The notes under the pieces are model-generated. The model was not told the DNA's origin. It saw only the letters and a program-made list of their open reading frames with translations, and searched no databases. Shown here piece after piece: positions 51,510 through 63,981 of a stretch of DNA of 64,000 nucleotides (the stretch's first letter is position 1; the number at the start of each line of letters is the position of its first letter). This DNA is from Lama glama (taxonomy: Eukaryota): NCBI GenBank assembly GCA_028534125.1, contig CM052816.1, positions 52,516,001 through 52,580,000 on the forward strand. Reading direction: 5' to 3'. Made by a program: the position numbers and the translations under genes.

Positions 51510-52798
51510 CTAGGAGAAAAGGAACGCTTCCCTGAGTCAGGCGAACATCACAGACTGGTGTGGAACACAGACTTCTAGATGCTGCAGACATCAGGGCCAC
51601 CACCTTTGTCAGCAGGTACCTGGAGGTAATCTCAAAGGCTGGACTCTGGGAGAATTAAAAATGCACAGTGACCTAAGGCACTTAGCCCCTGAGTTAGAAT
51701 TTGTCCAAGGTAACCAGGGCTATCACTGCAACCAGATGAAGGGGTCATGAGGGCCAGGTGGCTGACCCTGCAGAAGGAGGACCTTGTGGGTGTGTAAGCT
51801 GTAACTGGGGCCTCGGGGCAAGGGAGCGCTGTGCTGGAGCCAGGCCCAGGGTGCCCATCTCTTCCCAGCTTTCTGTTCAATCGTGTCATCTGGTACTGGT
51901 AGCCTAAAATCACTGGTGGCTGGAGGAACATTTATAGCCTGGAAATTGTCAAGTGCTACAACTTGGGGGATTTTTTGTTTTGTTGAGCTGATTTACCAGC
52001 ACACCACTGGATCGGGGTCATCAGTCAGGCTTGTAGAAGGCGAGGCTGTGTTTTAGAGAAGTGTGGATATTCTAGAGTGGTGTGTGTGTGTGTTGGTTGG
52101 TGCGGCGGCGGCAGGGGGAGTGTTTTTCTAAAAGGATCTTCCTTTAAGGCCCTGTGATGTGATATGTTTTGCAGAAATCATGGGATGCAACCTGTATTTT
52201 GATGACAGTCGTGTATGTATCATGGAAGCTATACAGGAACACGTCTTTCCTCAAGTCCTGGGAGGCTCCAGAGTTGTGCTCCAGGGATGCCACTCACACA
52301 GATCACAAGACGAGGCCCTGCAGTGGACCCTCAAGCTGGGCAATGCAGCTGCCCCACCCAACAGCTCTTCCGAATGAGAGGGGCTGTCCAGTCTCCTGGG
52401 AAATGCCCGATTCTCTGCAGGAGGAGCCTAACCAGGGGCTGCAGCCTGTGACCCTGCTCAGTCCCTGTCGCTCAGTCTTCCCCTTCCAGGACTCTCACAC
52501 TTGAGAAGGATGGCGAGGAGAGGGGCAGGTGCAGTCTGGGAAGAGAGCTGCCCTACAAAGACACACCCCTGACAAGGCACTGCTTGACAGGATTCCTCCA
52601 GTTTCTGGCAATGGTGTTCCAGAAACAACAGGGTTATTAAATAGGGGAGGGGGCCGTGGAGTCTCCTTCCACAGGAACAAGTGGAGCCATCCAGAGCGGG
52701 AAGGCCCTGAGTCAGTAATTCTATTCCTGCCCCTAAGAGAGAACAAGGGGAAAAGGACAAATGGGTCCCAAGTAAAAGACAAAGCAAGACAAACCCAC

Positions 52799-52958
52799 CA
52801 TCTCCATCCATGTCATCATCGCAGGCATCTCCTTTTCCATCCCCGTCAGTGTCCTTCTGGTCGTTATTTAGGACATTCCGGCAGTTATCACAGGCATCCC
52901 CAAAGATGTCCTTGTCACTGTTCCTCTGGTCCACATTGTGGGTCAGGACACAGTTATC
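52799..52958 (-). CDS. THBS4: THBS4 exon ~13 ([11 protein letters not shown]...[19 protein letters not shown])
   Basis: cccttag|GAT ... G|gtgggt; 160 bp. Confidence 0.96.
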
Positions 52959-53271
52959 CTAAGGGACCAGGAGACCAACATTAACCCTGTCTTTTACTGA
53001 ATCCCTGCTGTGTGCCTGGTCCTGCCGTGGATGCCAGCCACCCTCCACCCCCAACTGTCAGGAGATGACAGAACTCAGGAGGCCCAAGTTTATCAACTTT
53101 ACATTTTAAACATATGAGAATCTTAGAATAAAGTGTTGCGGTGCTCTGGGAGCGCAGGCATGGAAACTAACATTCGGGCTGACTCATAGAAATGGTTGAC
53201 TTCACGGGCTCTCTTCCGCCAGCCCTGGTATGTGGCAGTTCACAGGCGCTCTCAGCAAAGCAGGCACCTAC

Positions 53272-53379
53272 CTGCTCGTTCAGGATCCCATCTCCATCAG
53301 CATCGTTGTCACAAGCGTCTCCAATGCCATCTCCATCTGCATCCTCTTGGCCAGAATTTGGCACGTACTTGCAGTTGTC
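53272..53379 (-). CDS. THBS4: THBS4 exon ~12 (type 3 repeats: [36 protein letters not shown])
   Basis: acttag|GAC ... CAG|gtaggt; 108 bp. Confidence 0.96.
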
Positions 53380-53434
53380 CTAAGTCGGAGGAACACAGCT
53401 CAGAGAGACACCTACATCTGTCTTGTCTTTCAGC

Positions 53435-53750
53435 TTACTGAGGTATAACTGACAAATAAAATTGTAAGATATTTAAAGTGCATAATGTGATGATTTGATA
53501 TACATATATGTGAAAGGACCCCCCCATCGAATTAATTGACACACCCATCACCTCACGTATTTATTCCCCCCCGCCTTTTTTTTTTTTTTTTGCTGAGAAC
53601 ATTTCAGTTCTACTCTCTTAGCAAATTTCCATTATCCAGTACAGTGTTATCAGATAGTCACCATGTTCTACATTAGATACTCAGATCTTACTCATCTTGT
53701 AACTGAAGGTTTGTACCCTTTTACCAGCTTCTCCCCATTTCCCCCCCACC
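53435..53750 (-). mobile_element. L1MA-like 3' end
   Basis: tactgaggtataactgacaaataaaattgtaagatatttaaagtg...tttgtacccttt. Confidence 0.8.
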
Positions 53751-53851
53751 CAATCTGTCTTAAGTCAAAAACTATTTCTGAACTTGAGACTGACTGTGGC
53801 CGCCTGGCTTTATTGTGATGGCTGTTTTGCTACATTTGAGCAAAGCTACAG

Positions 53852-54065
53852 AGTGTGTGTGTGTGTATGTGTTTATATGGGTATGTGTGTCTGTGTGTCT
53901 GTATCTGTGAGTTATGTGTTGTCTGTATCTCTGTGTGTGTGTTGTGTTTATATGTATGTGTATGCATGTATATCTATGTGTATGTGTGTGTGTTTATATG
54001 TGTATGTGTGTATATGTATCTGTGAGTCTATGTGTGCCTGTATCTGTGTGCGTGTGTGCGTGTGT
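53852..54065. repeat. Degenerate (TG)n/(CA)n simple repeat, about 210 bp
   Basis: Directly visible. Confidence 0.95.
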
Positions 54066-54088
54066 CTTCCCCTTCTTGATCCCCGTAC

Positions 54089-54193
54089 CTTTTTGCAGTT
54101 CCTGGCAGAGCACGGCAGTTCTTCGTCAGGGTAACTGTCAATGTCCACGTCCTTTCCGCAGATGTAGCCGTCACCAGCCCAGCCGACTCCACA
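54089..54193 (-). CDS. THBS4: THBS4 exon ~11 ([35 protein letters not shown])
   Basis: ttcacag|TGT ... AAG|gtacgg; 105 bp. Confidence 0.95.
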
Positions 54194-57100
54194 CTGTGAA
54201 GGTAAAGCCCATCAGAGGCCCAGGAGCCGGGGCTGGTGGGGGGCTGATGGCTGACAAGGGGCTCTGGTCCTGGGTGTGCATGCCCAGAGGGAGGGCCCAG
54301 AGCCAGAAAGCTTTGTTGGGTAGGATTTTAAAACTATTAAGTTGTACTCTGAATAGGCCAATGGTTCAAAACTCAAAAGGTACAAAGGAAGACAGAGTGA
54401 AAACTTTCCCCGTCCTGGTTGTTGGCTCAGGAGTCCAGGCAGTCAGCTGTCAGAGACATGCTGGGCAGAGACCAGCACACACACATACGTTCTTTTTCTC
54501 TCTCTGTCCTTCAGCACCATTGGTAGTACACATATATCCACTGCTAGGCAACTTGATTTAAAAAAATTAACACTATCTTGGAGCTCCTTCCACCTCTCTG
54601 CCTGTAGATCGTGTCATTCCTTTGAAGGCGCACAGATGCATCAAACAGAAGGTGGTGTGCATGCACCTCAGCTAATTCAACCCATCCTCTACTGGTGGGT
54701 GTCAAGTCGTTAAAACCCTTTTCTCCTGCAGATAGTGCTGCCACAAATAATTCTATACATTTGTCATTCTGTACACGTACTGGTTTCTTAGTGTGAAATT
54801 CCTGGTTCAGAGGGTATTTGTAATTTTGAGTTATTGTCAAAATGTTCTCCATGTGATTATCCAGCTGCTTCTCCCAGTGGGAATTAACGCACACGTGGGT
54901 GGTGGGTGGGGTGGCCGCTGTGGCACTCTCCTTACCATTCCTGAATCTAATGGTCTTCTAGGTCAGCTTCCACCACAGGGAGAACCTTCCAAGGTGCTTC
55001 ACCTCTATTCATAGCTTAAGGTTCCTGCAAGTGCACTGCTGGGCCTGCATGTTCTCTAATTTCTTAGAAAAGTCTACCCAAGTTCCCTGCTACCACCAGC
55101 TGCCGACAGCAAGCCTTCGTTGTTGGCAGACTAGGCGTTAAGACAACAGTTATTCTATCCCAGACTCTGTAGCCATTTTCTCCAGTCTTTACGATGCTGC
55201 TGCAAGGTCCTTATTATCTCCTTTTACAAAAGTGTCAACTCAGCTCAGAGTGGCAAGTCTCTTGGCTCAAGGTCTTAGAGCTGGGACTTGAACTCAAGAC
55301 TGTCCCAGTTCAGTATTTTTTGCCATTAATATTTGGTTAACGCACACTTAGAGTTCTCCCTCTGATATTCCATATCCTCGCTGGCCTAGGATGAGTGACA
55401 AACGCAAGAGAAAGGAAATCCTTCCGTAAGTGGCGTCCTGTGTAGGAGCTGGTACCTGGGAGCTCAGCCCAGGAGCAGGATGGGTGCCTGCAGGAGGGGC
55501 AGGCAGAACAGCAGGGGGAACACAGGGAGGGGGCCCTGTAAAATGATAGGGAACCAGCAAGGGGCAGGGGAGGGAAGAGTCTGGGGAACAGGGTCAAGGC
55601 CAAGGGAAGAGAAACTTGACACGAGTAAATGTTAAATTTCCTGCCCTCGTTGATCAAAATAAAGTGATTTAAGACCAGTGACTTTGTAAGTCTGTTTCCA
55701 ATCGTCTGCACTCTCCTGCAACCAGAGATTTAGAAGGCAGGATTCCAAAGCGATCCTTCCCATAACTCCCCCCATTTCCGCTCAATTGCTTCAGCAGGGC
55801 CTTGAGAAGGCCTGGAAAGTGCAGCCATGGGGTACAGTCCTTGACTCATTTGAATGAAGAAAAAATTTCCTTTAGGAACAAATACGTTTTTAATGAGCCA
55901 TTTTCTGGCAGATTAAATTATTTTAGTACTCACACCAAGTGTATTCATCCTTTACCATCTGTCCTTGTACCTTATTACAAATTCAAAAACATATCAAGAG
56001 CCCCATCACCCACCATCCCAGGAGCGCTGTTAATTTGTTCGCAGAAAACGCGGATTTAAATGTAGATATACACCTGCCTCTTGAGGGTAATCAACATGTC
56101 CAGTCAACAGGAATTAAGGGAATTGGTTGATTTTTTTCTCCCCCTTTGACCCAGCTTGTTCCCTCATCAGCACCTCGGTTACGGATTATCCGTATTGTTG
56201 GAGAGAGCTGACATCATTACAGTTAATTCTTTAGCTGAGTTTTGATTCTTCTCATTTTCCTATTTCAAAGTGATATGCTCACTGTAGGAAATTTTGCGAA
56301 CAGAAAGGTAAAGAAGTCTGAATTTGAGGTCTAACGAAGAGGGAGAAAGTCTCCCAGCATCCATCCGGCCGCTCAGCGTGATCACTGTGAACCCGTGAAT
56401 ACCAGACCCCAAAGGGCCTGGCTCCCTGGGGAGGAAGGAGGCGGTGAGGCAGTGAAGATGGTTGATTTAGCAGTGTATCTAGAATCCCCGAGGACTCTGG
56501 AGCCTGGGGTTTGGGGACGGATGCCAAGACCGAGCCTCCTTCCTTACCAAGGGCCCACTACACACCTGCCTGGCAAGAGACCCACGAGAGGCTGCAACTG
56601 CCCCACCCTCTTCCCGGCCTCCTCCTCCCCAGGCTGGCTCCGGGCTGAGAACCTGGGAACCAAACAGGAAGGAGCGTGGCACCCACGGAGCTGGTCCTGA
56701 ACCTGGCGCAGGTGGACAAGCACTGCAAGAAACAGGAGGTTTTTCTGCCAGGGTTTATGACAGCAGCCCACCACCCATCACTGTGGCTCACCTCCGGGAG
56801 TATTAAGCCAGATTGTGAAACTGGACATCTTCAGGGTGAGGACAGTTAGAAATGGCAGCAGTGTGCTGATACCAACAATGAGCTAGGGCAGCGGCAGGAA
56901 GGGAGGGGAGGAGGCTCTTTCCCCTCCAGCTGCTCACAGAGGGTGCTTGGGAGCTGGGGCTCCATGGGGGACTCCACCCTGAGGCCCCCGAGGGGATGGG
57001 GTCAACCCTCAGCCAAGTGGGAGAGAAAAGGCAGCCGATGGTTAGGGGGCCTTCAGATTGCTCCCTACAAACTCAGTTGACTTCCACTACATCCTTTGTT

Positions 57101-57219
57101 TATTTTGATGGAAATGTTTTCATTGTTGGGTATTTTTACTCTGATGCAAGTAGAAACTGGAGAGGGTTGGTGTTTCAAACGGAGAGAGAAAATGACAAAG
57201 CAAGTAACAAGTGACTCAC

Positions 57220-57372
57220 CACGCACGTCACATCCCCCTGCCTCTCCTCGATGCACTGTGCATTCACACTGCAAGGGTTCAGTTCTGGGTTTCTGCAGTT
57301 TCTTTCCATTTTGCATCCCCTCATCTGATCCCCGATGTATCCTGGTTTACAAGGCCCACAGCGATAAGATCC
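57220..57372 (-). CDS. THBS4: THBS4 exon ~10 ([12 protein letters not shown]...ERQGDVTCV)
   Basis: ctgcag|GGA ... GTG|gtgagt; 153 bp. Confidence 0.95.
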
Positions 57373-58763
57373 CTGCAGGGAGCAAAGCGAGACAGTGAGC
57401 CAGGAGCTCAGACCTGTGAGCAAAGGTACTGTGACTGTATGTATTTTTATATGTACTCGACGAGGCCAGGATGAAGTGAGCCCCCTGCCTGCCTGTGCTT
57501 CCCTACGTCTTATGAGATCGTGTGAATACTGGGGAAGACACCACCAGGCTGGAAGCTGCAGCAGTCCACAGAGGCATGCAGGAATAGAACCGAAGGCAGA
57601 AGAAGGCTGCTGGGCGAGCCAGCATCACTTTGACTTGCCCACTGCACTGTGGAGGGCTGAAGGCTCCAATGAAGTCCTGGGAGGTGGAGTGAGAGAATTC
57701 ACTCTGGGGACAAGGGACAGTGGTTTGATTAAAGAGCAAGTTAGAAAGTTTTGTTTTTTTTTTAAAGTGACAAAGGTACAGAGAAATGTCAGTGGCCTTG
57801 CCCTGAAATTCTGCTGTGGCAGAAACCTGGCAAATGAGCTATCAGCTCCATTGCAATGGCACTTTCAGGACAAGCCTGACTTTTTTTCAAGTTAGTTTTA
57901 CTGAGATAGAATTTACGTATCATGAAAGAAACCCATGTAAGGCACACAATCCAATGATTTCAGTTACTAACTACCCCTTTATCCCCAAGTCCAAAGGATG
58001 CCCCCTCAGTGATCTTTCTGGATCTGTCGGCCTCACTGGGCCACCCACTCTGGTCAGTCCTCTCCTTTCCTTTGTTCCTGTGATCTTTTTCCTTTGCCTG
58101 CTTCTTCACTTTTGAGGTTGTCTGGAGTTCTGATTTCTAGACAGTTTCACTGTCGACATTTCTCCTCCCTATGGGGGCTTTAGTTATTCCCTTCATATCA
58201 GTGTCTTGCAAATCTATTTCTGCAGACTAGCTTCGTCCCAGTAAAAATCTAAAAAGCAGTAAGTCCCGGTGTATTCCTCGGCAGTACAGCGTTGCGGACA
58301 CAAAAAAGGGATCTGCAGCCAGACTGGACATCTTATGAGATGTGCGGCTTTAGCCTAATTACTGAACTCTCCTGTGCCTCAGTTTCTTCAGCTGTAAAAT
58401 GGGGATAATAATTGTGCCTATTGACAAGGTTGTTGTGAGGATGAAAATTAAAAACCTTTCCCAGGAACATATAGCAAGTGAGAAGCAGTCCTATAGAGAA
58501 TCAGAGCATCTTCCACAGACAGTCGACTGGGCTACACCTACCATCTGGGAAACAGTCAACAGGAACGTGCAGAAATAAAACCCATATCTGAATGGTTAAA
58601 TTTTAGACCTCATCCCACCCAAGTGCTAAGCATTTTAATTTAATACAAATGACTTTGAAAACTTCTATGAAAATGATAAATACCATTTGGGAATTATGTT
58701 GTTACCAATAAAATGCATATTCTGGAATACTGAACTATTAATACATACTAAGAAGCTCTTCAA

Positions 58764-58894
58764 TATTTTTTCAGGGTTGGAAGTAGTTAGGTTCATTTAT
58801 TTATTTTTAGTGGAGGTACTGGGGATTGGACCCAGGACCTTGTGCATGCTAACATACTAACATACGCTCTACCACTTGAGCTATATCCTCCCCC
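58764..58894 (-). mobile_element. tRNA-Ala-derived SINE (vic-1 type) with 14-bp TSD
   Basis: aagaagctcttcaa at 58750-58763 and 58895-58908. Confidence 0.88.
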
Positions 58895-59206
58895 AAGAAG
58901 CTCTTCAAATTAAAAAATACAAGAATGATAATATTTTATTCACTAAATATTCATCTAAAAGCCCAATACTGCCACTTTGGTGGAAGATAAAGACAAATTT
59001 GGCATTTATAAAATTATTCTTATATTAAAAATTACTTAAGAAATTACTCATGTTAAAAATTGTTTTCAGCACAAACTTCTATCCTCATTTGCTAATCAAA
59101 TATATTATGCCCATATGTTCTCTGTGTATTTGGGGGTTATGATTTACAAACATGCACTTCTTTTAGTAACTGGTCTTTGAAAACAAGAGCCATGAAAAAT
59201 ACTTAC

Positions 59207-59275
59207 CAAAGTGTTGATACAGATAGAATTGAGAACACATGCTCCATTTCGACACTCATCAATATCAGTGCAGAC
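59207..59275 (-). CDS. THBS4: THBS4 exon ~9 ([23 protein letters not shown])
   Basis: gctag|GTC ... TTG|gtaagt; 69 bp; Ca-binding EGF consensus DIDEC. Confidence 0.95.
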
Positions 59276-59633
59276 CTAGCGCAGAAACGTTTAAAAAGAC
59301 ACTCTGTTTAAGTAGAAATGCAAAGAAATTTTGCTTTGTTTTGCTATCTTGTGCAAAGTGATGACACGGAATTTCAGTTAGGATGGGGATCAGAGCATCA
59401 CATTCACCATCTCCCTGTGTTTGTACCAGTCTGTACTCAACCTACTTTCAAGTGATAGTTGATGACCTGGTATTTAAAGTTGTTCAGAAAAGACAACTTA
59501 CATGATTAATCTTTTCCACAACCTTTTAGTGAGGAAGGTTCTTCTTTATCTTGCTTGGAACTTGATGCACTTCTTCTATCTGACGGTTCCCATCTTTCTT
59601 CAATTCTGAAAAATCCTTGGCTTCCCTCTGCTA

Positions 59634-59724
59634 TTTTTTTTTTTAAAGGAGGTCCTGGGGATTGAATGCAGGACCGTGTGCATGCTAAGCTCACGCTCTA
59701 CCACTGAGCTGTACCCTCCCCCCC
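59634..59724 (-). mobile_element. Short tRNA-Ala-derived SINE (vic-1 head plus poly-A)
   Basis: Minus strand ACAGCTCAGTGGTAGAGCGTGAGCTTAGCATGCAC followed by an A-tail. Confidence 0.8.
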
Positions 59725-61593
59725 ATTCTTTCCATTCTTTCTTTGTAACTATAATTTTAAAATACTGTATTTTCTCAATCTTTTCTTTTGACTCAACCTC
59801 TCGTCCCTGTTTTCCGTATCTTTATTTCTCTGTGCTGCATTCTGGATGATTTCTTAGATCCACCTTCCAATTTATAAATTCTCTGCTAGCTGTCTTGCCC
59901 ATCTATTAAATTTTTAATGTCAATGGTTATATTTTTCATTGAATAAACTTTACTGGCTGTTTTTCAAACCTGCCTGTTTTTTTTTTTTCCCCACATTGCC
60001 CTATTACTTTATATTGTCATGTTTCCTCATGGTAGCTTCTTCATAGAAGTTTTTTTTTTTTTTTTTAATGAGCACATCCTTGGTGGCCCCACTTTTGCTG
60101 TGGGCATCCCACTGGCCTGAACTGCGGAGTCTCTTTACAAAGTGATTTGGCTTTGACATTAGCTGGGGCCCTGGGGATTTGGGGATTTTACTGCTCCAGG
60201 GCTGGTTTTTACATCAATTTTTTGGCTTGTGCATGGAATACACCGTGCATTCTATATGGAAGATAGATTTGGAGCTCCTGACTGTATTTTGTACAAGCTT
60301 GGAGCTTTGCTTTGTTGTGGGCAATTTTCATTTTCATCAAACCATGCCCAAAGCTGACATCAAGCTTCCTGTTGATTTGGGGGGTAGAAAAGTTTTCTCA
60401 TCTCCTTGTAATGAGTGGTAGCTCTTTGAGGCTCCTGGTTTCTTCAGGGGTGTTAGGTCTTTCTAAAGGTTCAAGACTACACCTGCTATTCCCACTAGTG
60501 CTGGAACCCCAGTTCCCCACTTGGAGGACTTACAACCAGCTCCCACCTCCCATGAGCTGCCATGGCATCAGCTTCCACCCACAGCTCTGACTCTGAGCTC
60601 CCTCTTGGTTTCCAGAACCTGCACATTTCCTTTTATTTCTTTTGATACTGGTGATGCACTAACACTTGTTAAATTTCTGCAAGTTGGCTCACTTCTACTT
60701 GAGTTCTGTCTACCACATCGCTAGAAACCCACTAAAGCACCTTCTATTTCGTTCTGTCTAGTTTCCTTGGTTTAGTCTTGGAGATTTTGTCTTTAGAGAA
60801 GGGGAAGAAAAACTTGAGGTCATTACTCAAATGGCTTCTTGTCACTCCCATGTGTCTAGCTTGCTTCCTTTATCTAGTCTAAAAAAGGGTGCCCCCTAGA
60901 ATCCTGTGATAGGCAGCTAGGAGATAATGAACCCTGCCATTCTTCAAAGCTAATAATTTCCCTAAGGTAGTAAAATATATTTATAGACCGACCATTTTTG
61001 AGGGCTGAAAACATCAAAAAGAATTTCACAGTCAGGCAGTTAAATAATGACCAAGATCTAGTAGAACATTTGGAAATAAACGGAGACTGTCATGAAGTGC
61101 GCAAGTGCTTTATGGCAATTTACAGCTTATGTAAGAAGAAAGGGGGTTTTCCTCGGGGGATTATTTCTACTCTTGAAATCCTCTCATCTCTGTAACAGCT
61201 TCTGATCAGCAACACTGACTCTATAAAAATGACCTAATTTTTCAAAGCTTGTATTTGTTTCGCCTGTTCTCAAGTCGTTCTGTGGGACAAAATGTTCAAA
61301 TGGCTACCAAGGAAATAAGCCTGAAATCACCCCATGTGTTCAGTATCAGCACCCCATTCACTGTTATTCTAAGGATACTCAATTATCCCAACTTACTAGC
61401 TTCCTCCCACCAGCGACGATGAACATAAATATTCAGAAATGAGCTAGAAAACTTCCTAACGTGCCCACATGCACATGACACTCCAGATGGCATTGGTGGC
61501 TCAAGGAGCAAAGGGTCATATGGAAAGAGGTAGGAACCAACCAAAGGTTTTCAGTTGAGAATTAAAGATTAAAAGACTCTAACTTCAGCTCAC

Positions 61594-61731
61594 CTGCTTG
61601 TTTGTCTTGGCAAAACTGATCCCCACCCCCTGCACCGTGGGCCCTGTGAAGCCCACCGGGCAGGAGTCACATCTGAAGCCGGGAGCCAGGTTCACGCAGC
61701 GCACGCCCGGGTAGCAGGGATGGTATTTGCA
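61594..61731 (-). CDS. THBS4: THBS4 exon ~8 (EGF2: [46 protein letters not shown])
   Basis: tctctctag|TGC ... CAG|gtgagc; 138 bp. Confidence 0.95.
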
Positions 61732-63158
61732 CTAGAGAGAAACAAAAGTCTTGTCTTTAGCCACATGAGAAATACTCTCAAACTTTCATTCGTCTCTTTG
61801 CACATGCTTGTTTACTCATTCAACTATCCACTTTTTGGTGGTCGAAGTGATAAAAGGAAATAAAGGCTTCCAATTTCACAGTTCCCTGTGGACTCCCTGC
61901 CCCTCACTGTCCGGGGGTTGCCTTGTTGTGGGCTTTGCTGTATTACAGAGTAACGCACAGCCAAGTGCAAAGGGTCCGTCATGTCAACCAGCCCACTCCC
62001 AGTATAAATTCCTTGGGAGGTGAAAATTTCTGTAAGAGGACGGTGCTCCTGGACCACTTGTCAGCTGGCTCTTATCTGAGTCCAAGGGCATCATCAAACC
62101 AACTATTCAAACAAAAAGACCTTGACAAGACAAAGCCAGGACAACTGTTTCTTCAGTAGGATGGGCTCGGCCAGGATCTGTGTCCGCCTTCACGCCCTAT
62201 CAAGTCCATTGCCGTTCCAAGGCTCTCAGAGTCCCGGAGATTCATTCTGATTTTTTTTTTCCTTACCACTTCAACTAATGTAAAAAACATGACCACTTCC
62301 TGCCCTTTCAAATGGAGGAAAATTCCAGCTCACAGATAAAAACCAGATGCAGTTCTGAGAAACATGTGCAGATGTTTCTCCCATCGAGGGCGTACTGGAG
62401 GCCCCTGGGACTGCTCACTACCTGCTGAGCTAATGAGCCACCTCAAGCCTGCAGCTTCGATGCATGTGATGAACTAAGCTCCTCCAGCTCTCCTCTGGCC
62501 TGATGGGAGGGGAAAGGCACATTCTGGGGGCAGCCTTGCCACATACTGTGAACACTGCTTTGGGGCTGGAGTAAGTGACTGGCTAACCGTGGTCCTGAAA
62601 CAGTCTCCTTCAGAGGCTTGGTCGGCCGGCCAAACAGCCTGTATTCGCTGTGTGTGTCTTCCTGGCTCCATCTCTGGGCACCTTTGGTTACCACAGGCCA
62701 CAGGGCCACCTCAAAAGGTCCTGATGGTTTGAAATTCCTCTCTGCTCCCCTATTTAAGGAAGCCTGGAGAAATCAGTTGCAAGCCCTGAAATACACCCTT
62801 ACACAGATCTTTCCCCTCCCATTATTTGCAACTGTGTGGCAAAATCACAATGGTAACAGAGCCTGCTTAAGAGAAATAATCATTGTTAGTGTTGAAGGCT
62901 GAAATATCAGCACCGTAGCAGCAGGAACCAAAAGAGTGGGAAACGCAGAGAGGAGGTATCATGAACATGGCCATGACCAAGTGTCCTGCCTCCTCCTTCT
63001 CACTATGCACCGTATCTTAGGCTTCCTGAGGGAGCAGTTCTTATGGAGCCTGGAGGACAGCCCAGATCATCCGTTGGTCACAGACCTGGCTCCTTTTTCC
63101 GTAAGCGGTAGGGTGTGCAAGGCACCGAGGGAGCCCACCTCACCTAGCTCAACTGTAC

Positions 63159-63361
63159 CTCATCAACATCGGAACAGGTGACTCCATTCCCTGCGTAGCC
63201 CTCAGGGCAGGGCCCGCACTGAAAGCCATCTCTGGTGTCAGTACAGCGGACGCCGCGGAAACACGGGTTGGAATCACACCGGCGCACCGGGGGTGTCGGG
63301 GATGCCGGGGGTGCGGGGGGCACCAAGGTGTTTGGTGTCGGAGACTGAAAGCTGAGAGGAC
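63159..63361 (-). CDS. THBS4: THBS4 exon ~7 (Pro-rich linker and EGF1, ending CSDVDE)
   Basis: ttctctag|GT ... GAG|gtacag; 203 bp; lies within ORF 63144..63545. Confidence 0.95.
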
Positions 63362-63579
63362 CTAGAGAAAAACAACCACCCACAGGTTTATTCACCGCCA
63401 GGAAAAGAGCTGATACAGAATGAAGTTTAGTTTCCCAATGAACTTCTTTTCCCTTCCCTCCATCTCTGTGCCAAACCTCCAGAAACCACAGCCAACAGAG
63501 CCTCACCCACCCAGGCCCTTCATCAGTTGGCTTCTGCTGGTCCAACTCAGAACGCTCCAGTTACTAGAAAAGCACTTAC

Positions 63580-63631
63580 CACAAGCCTGGCATTCGGCTA
63601 TGGTGTTTCGCAAAAATGATGTTTCCTTGAC
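63580..63631 (-). CDS. THBS4: THBS4 exon ~6 (VKETSFLRNTIAECQAC-G; pentamerisation CxxC)
   Basis: ctaaag|GTC ... G|gtaagt; 52 bp. Confidence 0.95.
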
Positions 63632-63981
63632 CTTTAGAAATGGGAAGGGGGAAAAAAAAAAAGCTGGAGAAGGAGTACCTGATGTATAATCCAGGGATGG
63701 AAGAATCCATGTGTAGCAAGCTATTAAACATTTCTCAAAGGAGTGCTGAAGTAGCCCTTGGTGGCTCCCACTCCGCTTGGAGCTCTGGTGCGTGTATTAC
63801 ATGCCAGTCCCCCCTTTGCAGAGCCCTTCTAGCAGAGCCCCGGGGCAGCGGGCTGCGTGGGGCCACCCGAGGTCTGGCCCCAGGTCCGCCTCCCTGCCTC
63901 TGCGGGCCTGCAGTCCACGAGCTCCAACAGAGAGCTTCTCTTAAGACTGGGGCTTTCTGGACTGTGTGTCTTGCTTGTTAC

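Noticed and set aside
53784..54561. Cys/Val-rich ORFs (116 and 215 aa)
   Set aside because: They are translations of the (TG)n repeat, antisense to THBS4.
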